Shown here: one piece after another, positions 53,801 to 64,000 of the stretch
How the letters are laid out: every line of letters begins with the position of its first letter
How positions within the stretch are numbered: the stretch's first letter is position 1
Source: Auanema rhodensis
Lineage: Eukaryota > Animalia > Nematoda
Direction of reading: 5' to 3'
Assembly: GCA_964057225.1 (NCBI GenBank)
Contig: OZ059900.1
Span: 6,572,001 to 6,636,000 of the forward strand
Length of the DNA stretch: 64,000 bases
Notes under the pieces: model-generated
Seen by the model: the letters and a program-made list of their open reading frames with translations, nothing else
Databases searched by the model: none
Told to the model about the DNA's origin: nothing
Translations under genes and position numbers: made by a program

Positions 53801-56800
53801 GTTGGACTCGAAATCCAATGGGCGTTGCCTGCGTAGGTTCGAATCCTGCTCGCTGCGAAATTTTTTGGGTTCTTCCAGATTTTTTTGAGAAACATTTTCG
53901 AATGCCTGTATTATTCTTCTGAAAATGAATTTGCTGGAATGAGCAGCGATGTCCGAGTGGTTAAGGAGTTGGACTCGAAATCCAATGGGCGTTGCCTGCG
54001 TAGGTTCGAATCCTGCTCGCTGCGAAATTTTTTGGGTTCTTCCAGATTTTTTTGAGAAACATTTTCGAATGCCTGTATTATTCTTCTGAAAATGAATTTG
54101 CTGGAATGAGCAGCGATGTCCGAGTGGTTAAGGAGTTGGACTCGAAATCCAATGGGCGTTGCCTGCGTAGGTTCGAATCCTGCTCGCTGCGATATTTTTT
54201 GGGTTCTTCCAGATTTTTCTGAGAAAGCATTTTCAAATGCCTGTGTTTTTCTTCTGAAACGGAATTAGCTGAAATGAGCAGCGATGTCCGAGTGGTTAAG
54301 GAGTTGGACTCGAAATCCAATGGGCGTTGCCTGCGTAGGTTCGAATCCTGCTCGCTGCGTAATTTTTTGGGTTCTTCCAGATTTTTTTGAGAAATATTTT
54401 CAAATGCCTGTATTATTCTTCTGAAACGGAATTAGCTGAAATGAGCAGCGATGTCCGAGTGGTTAAGGAGTTGGACTCGAAATCCAATGGGCGTTGCCTG
54501 CGTAGGTTCGAATCCTGCTCGCTGCGAAATTTTTTGGGTTCTTCCAGATTTTTTTGAGAAATATTTTCAAATGCCTGTATTTTTCTTCTGAAAATGAATT
54601 TGCTGAAATAAGCAGCGATGTCCGAGTGGTTAAGGAGTTGGACTCGAAATCCAATGGGCGTTGCCTGCGTAGGTTCGAATCCTGCTCGCTGCGAAATTTT
54701 TTGGGTTCTTCCAGATTTTTCTGAGAAAGCATTTTCAAATGCCTGTGTTTTTCTTCTGAAACGGAATTAGCTGAAATGAGCAGCGATGTCCGAGTGGTTA
54801 AGGAGTTGGACTCGAAATCCAATGGGCGTTGCCTGCGTAGGTTCGAATCCTGCTCGCTGCGAAATTTTTTGGGTTCTTCCAGATTTTTTTGAGAAATATT
54901 TTCAAATGCCTGTATTATTCTTCTGAAACGGAATTAGCTGAAATAAGCAGCGATGTCCGAGTGGTTAAGGAGTTGGACTCGAAATCCAATGGGCGTTGCC
55001 TGCGTAGGTTCGAATCCTGCTCGCTGCGAAATTTTTTGGGTTCTTCCAGATTTTTTTGAGAAACATTTTCGAATACCTGTGTTTTTCTTCTGAAACGGAA
55101 TTAGCTGAAATGAGCAGCGATGTCCGAGTGGTTAAGGAGTTGGACTCGAAATCCAATGGGCGTTGCCTGCGTAGGTTCGAATCCTGCTCGCTGCGTAATT
55201 TTTTGGGTTCTTCCAGATTTTTTTGAGAAATATTTTCAAATGCCTGTATTTTTCTTCTGAAAATGAATTTGCTGAAATAAGCAGCGATGTCCGAGTGGTT
55301 AAGGAGTTGGACTCGAAATCCAATGGGCGTTGCCTGCGTAGGTTCGAATCCTGCTCGCTGCGTAATTTTTTGGGTTCTTCCAGATTTTTTTGAGAAACAT
55401 TTTCGAATACCTGTGTATTTCTTCTGAAAATGAATTTGCTGGAATGAGCAGCGATGTCCGAGTGGTTAAGGAGTTGGACTCGAAATCCAATGGGCGTTGC
55501 CTGCGTAGGTTCGAATCCTGCTCGCTGCGAAATTTTTTGGGTTCTTCCAGATTTTTTTGAGCAACATTTTCAAAAGCCTGTATTATTCTTCTGAAACGGA
55601 ATTAGCTGAAATGAGCAGCGATGTCCGAGTGGTTAAGGAGTTGGACTCGAAATCCAATGGGCGTTGCCTGCGTAGGTTCGAATCCTGCTCGCTGCGAAAT
55701 TTTTTGGGTTCTTCCAGATTTTTTTGAGAAATATTTTCAAATGCCTGTATTTTTCTTCTGAAAATGAATTTGCTGAAATAAGCAGCGATGTCCGAGTGGT
55801 TAAGGAGTTGGACTCGAAATCCAATGGGCGTTGCCTGCGTAGGTTCGAATCCTGCTCGCTGCGAAATTTTTTGGGTTCTTCCAGATTTTTTTGAGAAACA
55901 TTTTCAAATGCCTGTATTATTCTTCTGAAAATGAATTTGCTGGAATGAGCAGCGATGTCCGAGTGGTTAAGGAGTTGGACTCGAAATCCAATGGGCGTTG
56001 CCTGCGTAGGTTCGAATCCTGCTCGCTGCGTAATTTTTTGGGTTCTTCCAGATTTTTTTGAGAAACATTTTCGAATACCTGTGTATTTCTTCTGAAAATG
56101 AATTTGCTGGAATGAGCAGCGATGTCCGAGTGGTTAAGGAGTTGGACTCGAAATCCAATGGGCGTTGCCTGCGTAGGTTCGAATCCTGCTCGCTGCGAAA
56201 TTTTTTGGATTCTTTCAGATTTTTCTGAGAAAGCATTTTCAAATGCATGTATTATTCTTCTGAAACGGAATTAGCTGAAATGAGCAGCGATGTCCGAGTG
56301 GTTAAGGAGTTGGACTCGAAATCCAATGGGCGTTGCCTGCGTAGGTTCGAATCCTGCTCGCTGCGAAATTTTTTGGGTTCTTCCAGATTTTTTTGAGCAA
56401 CATTTTCAAAAGCCTGTATTATTCTTCTGAAACGGAATTAGCTGAAATGAGCAGCGATGTCCGAGTGGTTAAGGAGTTGGACTCGAAATCCAATGGGCGT
56501 TGCCTGCGTAGGTTCGAATCCTGCTCGCTGCGAAATTTTTTGGGTTCTTCCAGATTTTTTTGAGAAATATTTTCAAATGCCTGTATTTTTATTCTGAAAA
56601 TGAATTTGCTGAAATAAGCAGCGATGTCCGAGTGGTTAAGGAGTTGGACTCGAAATCCAATGGGCGTTGCCTGCGTAGGTTCGAATCCTGCTCGCTGCGA
56701 AATTTTTTGGGTTCTTCCAGATTTTTTTGAGAAACATTTTCAAATGCCTGTATTATTCTTCTGAAAATGAATTTGCTGGAATGAGCAGCGATGTCCGAGT

Positions 56801-58052
56801 GGTTAAGGAGTTGGACTCGAAATCCAATGGGCGTTGCCTGCGTAGGTTCGAATCCTGCTCGCTGCGAAATTTTTTGGGTTCTTTCAGATTTTTCTGAGAA
56901 AGCATTTTCAAATGCCTGTATTATTCTTCTGAAACGGAATTAGCTGAAATGAGCAGCGATGTCCGAGTGGTTAAGGAGTTGGACTCGAAATCCAATGGGC
57001 GTTGCCTGCGTAGGTTCGAATCCTGCTCGCTGCGTAATTTTTTGGGTTCTTCCAGATTTTTTTGAGAAACATTTTCGAATACCTGTGTATTTCTTCTGAA
57101 AATGAATTTGCTGAAACGAGCAGCGATGTCCGAGTGGTTAAGGAGTTGGACTCGAAATCCAATGGGCGTTGCCTGCGTAGGTTCGAATCCTGCTCGCTGC
57201 GTAATTTTTTGGGTTCTTCCAGATTTTTTTGAGAAATATTTTCAAATGCCTGTATTTTTCTTCTGAAAATGAATTTGCTGAAATAAGCAGCGATGTCCGA
57301 GTGGTTAAGGAGTTGGACTCGAAATCCAATGGGCGTTGCCTGCGTAGGTTCGAATCCTGCTCGCTGCGAAATTTTTTGGGTTCTTCCAGATTTTTCTGAG
57401 AAGCATTTTCAAATGCCTGTATTATTCTTCTGAAACAGAATTAGCTGAAATGAGCAGCGATGTCCGAGTGGTTAAGGAGTTGGACTCGAAATCCAATGGG
57501 CGTTGCCTGCGTAGGTTCGAATCCTGCTCGCTGCGTAATTTTTTGGGTTCTTCCAGATTTTTTTGAGAAACATTTTCGAATACCTGTGTTTTTCTTCTGA
57601 AAATGAATTTGCTGAAACGAGCAGCGATGTCCGAGTGGTTAAGGAGTTGGACTCGAAATCCAATGGGCGTTGCCTGCGTAGGTTCGAATCCAGCTCGCTG
57701 CGAAATTTTTTGGGTTCTTCCAGATTTTTTTGAGAAATATTTTCAAATGCCTGTATTTTTCTTCTGAAAATGAATTTGCTGAAATAAGCAGCGATGTCCG
57801 AGTGGTTAAGGAGTTGGACTCGAAATCCAATGGGCGTTGCCTGCGTAGGTTCGAATCCTGCTCGCTGCGAAATTTTTTGGGTTCTTCCAGATTTTTTTGA
57901 GAAACATTTTCAAATGCCTGTATTATTCTTCTGAAAATGAATTTGCTGGAATGAGCAGCGATGTCCGAGTGGTTAAGGAGTTGGACTCGAAATCCAATGG
58001 GCGTTGCCTGCGTAGGTTCGAATCCTGCTCGCTGCGAAATTTTTTGGGTTCT
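47847..58052 (+). repeat. tRNA-Ser(CGA) array block 4, about 61 copies
   Basis: First gene at 47925, last at 57955-58036; ~167.3-bp spacing. Confidence 0.96.
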
Positions 58053-58699
58053 ATTGAGTTTTTGAACAAGCGAGCCCCAGTAATTCGCACAGTTTTAGGT
58101 GTAAATTTGAAAATATGCACCCGCTTGATGCAGCAGGAGTGACAGATAGGAAAAAAATTGATCGCTTGATTACTGAGTTTTCCACGATTCAGCCTATAGT
58201 AGATCATGTGAGTCAGCGAATGTTTGGTTTTGAATGCTCGGATGAATAGTTTTTTGAATATTTTGTATAATTATTCTTTGAAACGTTGTTATGAGACATT
58301 TGCATGATTAATTTCATCATAATATTTACTATCTTTCAGGATCTTTTATCTGAGAGTCTCTTATATGTACCTTGTTACCAATTTTTATGGATAATAAACG
58401 TTTATTTCTCTCTCTCGTTTTATAAGCCTAAAAATATTATTTATAAAAATATGTAATATAAATTATAGTCATTTTATTTTCATCAATGCGCTTGTGGATA
58501 AAAAAAGTAATTGAATTAAATTTATCAGATACAACGAGTGTTTATATCAATACAGTGGTGGTAACTTGTTTCTTGCGCTAATAGGCGACGCAGGACATCA
58601 ATGTATTGCATGCGTAATCCGTAGTTTGCTAAAAGTATAGAATTTGTGTATTTCTAGGTAATATCTGTGCTAAAGTTCATTATTGTAAAGAAACTCAAG

Positions 58700-59080
58700 T
58701 ATAAAATATAATATTGATCTAGTCAATATTTTAATGGTAAAATATGATAAACCTTCTTCTGCAAGATGCCATTCAACGCTCCAGTCAATTGAATGGCTGA
58801 GGAAAAAGCGTCTTTGCAATTCTCTTGTCCGTGGTCGCAAAGAAATAATGGTAGAGCTTGGTTCATCTTTTCCAACGGTTTTGAAATAAGCTGAAAGCAT
58901 ACTATGATTAAATATAAACCGAAAAAAATGCGCTTTCAAAGCAATCACATCTTTTCGAAGGGGTGAGTATTGCATTTCATTTGATGTCATTCTTACCGTG
59001 AATAGCTTATCAAAGAAGCTGAAACAGTTGAAACATGACCATTTTCCATCGTCCAGTTCTTTTCCACCACCCAGATGTCA
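58700..59080 (-). pseudogene. Possible LTR-retrotransposon RNase H relic
   Basis: ISYSR*/MTSNEMQYSPLRKDVIALK...TVGKD...RELQR...DWSVEW resembles the Ty3/Gypsy RNase H pattern AYASR.LT.AE.NYS..EKE.LA...TV.TD...RL.RW; frameshifted. Confidence 0.45.
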
Positions 59081-60431
59081 TACTGTTCAATCTATTAATA
59101 TCAGATATATTTTTGGTTAGAGTGGTAGATAATTCCTAAATTCATTTCTTGTTTCAAAAATTCAATAATACTCGAGCAAACTACGGTACATGATCGTTGT
59201 CTAGTCAATTTTTCAAAATTTTGATCATTGGTTATAGTGGAAGATATTTTCTATATTCACATCTTGTTGTAGTTTGTTGATTCAGCTATGATCGGTAATA
59301 ACTTTATATAATATTTCCCGCTTTTTGTTTTCGTATTATATTGAGATTATACATTCTCCGAGATAGTAGTATTTGTTTATTTTTCATATTTGCGTTAGTT
59401 CACAATTTTTGTTTTATTCCTTTTTTTTATTTTTAGCTGTATTAATCAATTCAATTAGAATGAGAGATTTTCAGAATTCGACAGATGTATTATACAGTAA
59501 GTATATATTTATCTTTTTACAATCTTTACATTATATTTCTCTAAGTTGGCTATTCTCTCTCTCTACAATTTTTCGATTCAAGTTAGTTTTCTCCTTTGTG
59601 TAGAATTGAATAAGTAGTTCCAAATATTTAGAACCAGGAAAACAATATCGAATGTCAAGTTTCAAAAGGCAATTTCAAGTTTGTTAATATTCTTGGAGCG
59701 AATGCAATGAAAAAATTGAAGTTGTCTATCGATGTTGATTGGAATAAAAACATGTTTAAGCTTATAAAACAATAAACATTTTTAAATAAAAATAAGTTGA
59801 AATAAAGTATCTAAAAATGTATATGTATATAATAAGTGTAATCTATATAACACAATCGTAATTTCTTTCATAATCACTCAGTTTTTTCTCCAAAAACTGT
59901 ATTCAGAATAGGTACGTTGAAAGAAATTTTAACATTATGATTTTAAAAAAAATGAAAAAATAACTTGGGCCATTAAGAGGATAAAATTAAAAAAACAATT
60001 TCCGTCCCATATTCACAAAGATTTCTCAAACTGGTCATTTTAATATTGGCTTTTTCTTTATTTAAATCTTATCATAGGATGAGTTTTCTTTCAGAAAATT
60101 CCAGAAATTTTCGAAAATTCATGAGATAATGGGCAACTTTGATCAGAAACTTGTATCCAATAACTAAAACTAGAATGTAAGCTTCTCACTATTGATATTA
60201 ATTTAAGAAAAAATTTAAATTATAAAGAAATATGTTGATAGTTCAGAACAAAATACACATACATACACACCAAATCTTTTGTGGTTTATTATCAATAAAT
60301 TGATTGTTTCATCTGAATAATATATTATATTATTTTATATATTATAGATATCATACATACTACATTCCAGTCTATTTGAAGTTTACATAGAAAACAGATC
60401 TGATATTAATAGATTGAATAGTATAACATCT

Positions 60432-60484
60432 TGGTGTAGTTGATGTGTTCCAGGTTAGTTGAAAACTTTCGTTGGTTCAAATCC
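60432..60484 (+). promoter_or_regulatory. Second A/B-box pair near the outer end of the left arm (mirror B-box at 62935-62945)
   Basis: TGGTGTAGTTG and a perfect GGTTCAAATCC at 60474-60484; the B-box is identical in both arms. Confidence 0.5.
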
Positions 60485-60761
60485 TCTCTAAGAAATTTAT
60501 AAAAACAAAAAATCTCTCTCTTTCTCTTACTCTCTCTCTCTCTCTCTCTATAAATATCTATCCTTACTTGAATCTTGAAACATCTCTAAAAAATAAATTC
60601 TAAAATACGATATCAACTTCAGAAAACTTCGATTCCAGCAAAAACTTGATAAAAGTTTACTAAATACAAATTATCCAAAAATTTCTGAAATATTCAACTT
60701 TTTAAGTTTATAACAAACATTATTCTCTATTAATCTAGAGGATATGATATAGACTACTATG

Positions 60762-60835
60762 AGCAGTATGGCCTAATGGTCTACTGCATGGATTGCAGGA
60801 TACGCTACAGGGTTCGATACCTTTCTCTGTTTTTT
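60762..60835 (+). ncRNA. tRNA-like Pol III unit (SINE-like or tRNA pseudogene) in the left arm
   Basis: A-box TGGCCTAATGG (60769-60779), B-box GGTTCGATACC (60811-60821) at tRNA spacing, T6 run at 60830; stems imperfect. Confidence 0.6.
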
Positions 60836-62579
60836 AAGAAAATCAATATCAAATCGAGAATCCAAAAAACGGTCGAATGGATTTGGACTGTGAAAAAACG
60901 TTCTTTTTCAAAGTTTTGAGCTTTGTAGCTCAGTTAGAAATTAATATTTTTCATTTTTGATTAAATGGACAAATTGTGGGAGATGAACTCTTTCATCTCA
61001 CCAAATCTTAATAGCCTATCTGGTCTAGTATAGAAGTTGTAGCCTCACAAAGATGAGATATAAAATCAAAAACGTGACTTTGAAACGTTATATCTCCTTA
61101 ACTGTTGAGTTTTTCTGAAAACTTTTTGGGAATCTGAACTCTACGTGAAAAGATCTCTTAGAAAAGCTGCTTATATTAACGATTGGAGTAGTTTGAACTT
61201 TCGGAAAATAGAAAATTCGGCCAATTTCCGGTTGGAGAAATAAAAATTGAGAGTTTTTTAAAAATTGAGGGTGCTTTCTGATAGAACTTGAAATGCTGAT
61301 TTCAAATATAACAAGCAAATAACTCCATTCTCACTTTGAAAGGAGTTATGAGACTTTATATGTTTTGATATTTCGCATTCAGAATCCATATCTACCTTCA
61401 GACGGCATTTGAGGAAATTTTAGTTAGCAGAATCGTTTTCTACGTGTCTGTTTTACTTAGTCAACTTAGTTTCAAATCATTTTGTTCGAATTTTCAATTT
61501 TCGATCAAATGGTCCAAATCCATGTACTACCCCCTTACCTACTTTTTCATCAAAGTTGACCATCATCACATGAACTTTTAAGATTTTCACAAGTTTTTTG
61601 TTGATTTCCAATTTGAAACAACTTCTAACTTGAGAGATTTGTAATGAAAGCAGTGTTCCACGAGAATCGGAATAGTCACAAGTTTTAGGTTAACAAGATT
61701 TGTTGAGCATCTGAATAATTGTTAGATGAGACAATCATTTCTTGAACTTTCAAAGTATATTCATTAATTCTTTTCTAATATCTTTAATTCTTATTTTTAT
61801 AAAATATAAGTAAAGAAAAAAACTTGTGAAAATCTTAAAATTTCATGTGATGATGGTCAACTTTGATGAAAAAGTAGGTAAGGGGGTAGTACATGGATTT
61901 GGACCATTTGATCGAAAATTGAAAATTCGAACAAAATGATTTGAAACTAAGTTGACCAAGTAAAACAGACACGTAGAAAACGATTCTGCTAACTAAAATT
62001 TTCTCAAATGTCGTCTGAAGGTAGATATGGCCTTCTGAATGCGAAATATCAAAACATATAAAGTCTCATAACTCTTTTCACAGTGAGAATAAAGAAATTT
62101 GCTTTTCATATTTGAAATCAGCATTTCAAGCTCTATCAGAAAGCACCCTCAATTTTTAAAAAACTGGAAATTTTTATTTCTCAATCCAGAAATTGGCCGA
62201 ATTCTCGATTTTTCAAAATTTCAAACTACTCCAATCTTCAATTTAGGTAGCTTTTCTAAAAGATCTTTCTGCGTAGAGTTCAGATCCGCAAAACGTTTTC
62301 AGAAAAACTCAACAGTTAAGGTGATATAGCGTTTCAAAGTCACGTTTTTAATTTTATATCTCATCTTTATGAGGCTATAACTTCTATACTAGACCTGATA
62401 GGATACCAACTTTTGATGACATCAAAGAGTTCATCTTCCACCGCCAGGCTGATTAATCAAAATTAAAAAATATTAATTTTTAACTGAGTTACGTAGCTCA
62501 AAAGTTCAAAAAAAAGGACTTTTCACAATTCAAATCTATACGACCGTTTTTTGGATTCTCGATTGATATTGATTTTCTT

Positions 62580-62653
62580 AAAAAACTGATCCTGGTATCG
62601 AACCCTGTAGCGTATCCTGCGATCCATGCAGTAGACCATTAAGCCATACTGTT
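62580..62653 (-). ncRNA. tRNA-like Pol III unit, mirror copy in the right arm
   Basis: Reverse complement TGGCTTAATGG...GGTTCGATACC...TTTTTT. Confidence 0.6.
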
Positions 62654-63551
62654 CAGAATAGTTAGGATTTCTTCTTCTAGTTCAATCAGGAATGATGTTT
62701 TTTTTTAACTTAAAAATTCAATATCAGAACCGTCCGAAAGTTTTCATATTGACAAGTTTCGTCCCGAATTTTAAGGTTTTCCTGGCAGATCTTATCAATA
62801 TGATTCGAGTTTATAGAGAAACTTTGAAGTTATAGATTTCATTTCGAGTAGAAGAGATAAGCACATAGAGTTACAGAGAGAGAGAGAGAGAGAGTGAAAG
62901 AGTTTTTTTGTTTTTTTTTCAACATTCTTAGAGAGGATTTGAACCAATGAGAGTTTTTCACTGACCTGGAACACATCAAATACACCAAGATGTTATATTA
63001 CTCAATCTATTAATATCAATTAACTTTTCAAGGCAAACTTTATTTTGTAATTTGAAAGACTTTGTGATTTGTCATTAAAAATTTTGATCACTTTGTTGTA
63101 CAAGCATTCATGCTCCAGAAATCTTGTAGAGCAAAAGGGTGCTTCACATGTTTATTCTTCAAATATTAATATGATATATGAATATATATTCAATTTATCG
63201 ACTTTTGATAAAAACAGTATATTGTAAATTCAAATTAATCGATAACGATGGTTAAATTTTTGAAAAACATTATTAGAATTTTAATAAGAAATAATACATT
63301 TTTCTTATTATTATCATTTAGTGTTTGTTCTATTCAAATATAATAAATGTTTATTCCAAAAACAAAGCAATTCACAAGTAGAGTTGAAACATGTGTTTCA
63401 GATTTGTATTTTCACTTCAACATCAACAAAATTCAAAAATAAGTTCTGTTCATGAGATGTGAAATAGTAATAAATATACATTTTATAAATAAATTTTCAG
63501 TTTATTTTGTTTTGTTTCATATGCTGTGTCCCAATTTGTATTTTATCTGTA

Positions 63552-64000
63552 TCATGCTACTTGAACATAGCTGAATGGAAATAGACCAGACTGTAATGAG
63601 GTTATTGAAATGTATATAACAATTTGTTTTACCTCTCCATTTGGTTTACGCCCAGTGCACCAACCTAAGCTATCTGGGGGTGACAACAGTTCTATTATTT
63701 CGCCTTCAAAAAAATATGTAAAGATTCATTTTGATTAAATTTTAAAAACTGATTTGAGATTAAATTTGAAGAGATTTATCAAAAATTGAAAAATAATATC
63801 ATTCAAATCAAGATAAAAACCAAAATATGTTTGTTTTCACCTTTTTCTAGAGAAATCTCATCGCTTTCTACCGACGTATAGTCGTAAAGAGCGGTTGCTG
63901 AGGAGTTTCCATTCGACTTGTTAATAGGTAATGGTGTTCTATAAGCTGGAATTTTTGTGTAGGCAAAGCAATCGTTGTAGTCGCTGTGTTTTGCTGAATC
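63552..64000 (-). CDS. sdpn-1: 3' end of an SH3-terminated protein, syndapin/PACSIN-like; exons 64000-63841, 63703-63633, 63590-63552
   Basis: Spliced translation ...NGNSSATALYDYTSVESDEISLEKGEIIELLSPPDSLGWCTGRKPNGESGLFPFSYVQVA*. GT-AG introns of 137 and 42 nt keep the frame; AATAAA at 63501-63506. The SH3 call is firm; the syndapin identity rests on the D.LGWC.GR motif and the C-terminal position. Confidence 0.85.

Larger units (their letters stand above)
60380..63042. mobile_element. Long inverted repeat (foldback/MITE-like): ~1.2-kb arms (60380-61599, 61816-63042) and a ~215-bp non-coding spacer
   Basis: tgatattaatagattga (60401) pairs with tcaatctattaatatca (63002); ttttcacaagtttttt (61584) pairs with aaaaaaacttgtgaaaa (61816). 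Mirror ORFs 61088-61318(-) and 62099-62329(+); (TC)n near 60513-60548 mirrored by (GA)n near 62876-62894. Confidence 0.85.

Noticed and set aside
39820-57830. Many 63-136-aa ORFs beginning MDFESNSL or MKMLSQ
   Set aside because: Antisense translations of the CGA unit, mostly from TTG starts.
1-58052. CRISPR-like repeat/spacer array
   Set aside because: The spacers are not unique, the repeat is an 82-nt tRNA, there are no cas genes, and the context is eukaryotic.
58052-60380. Possible host exons (tttcag-type acceptors near 58339 and 58528) and a Phe-rich ORF at 59373-59603
   Set aside because: No coherent spliced frame could be built; low-complexity AT-rich sequence.
61088-62329. Paired 76-aa ORFs as transposase
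   Set aside because: Mirror images within the inverted-repeat arms, with no DDE or HTH motif.

Overview
AT-rich eukaryotic DNA, most likely nematode: the tRNA genes lack an encoded CCA, the tRNA-Ser sequence is nematode-like, there is a 42-nt intron, and the retroelement env remnant is nematode-type. About 58 kb of the window is tandem tRNA-Ser satellite. (1) 1-35421: 210 complete plus 1 partial tRNA-Ser(TGA) genes on the minus strand in 168-bp units. (2) 38345-58052: about 105 tRNA-Ser(CGA) genes or fragments in 167-168-bp units, split into blocks of alternating orientation. Two retroelement remnants sit at the seam between the arrays. One is a ~2.9-kb LTR-PBS(tRNA-Gln)-gag-LTR element with no pol. 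The other is a decayed, inverted-duplicated phlebovirus Gc-like (class II fusion) env remnant whose pieces were carried along in later duplications of the CGA array. Beyond the array are a probable RNase H relic, a ~2.6-kb foldback inverted repeat with two Pol III A/B-box units per arm, and the last three exons of a syndapin/PACSIN-like SH3 gene (minus strand). The very long ORFs in the supplied track are antisense read-throughs of the tRNA repeat, not genes.
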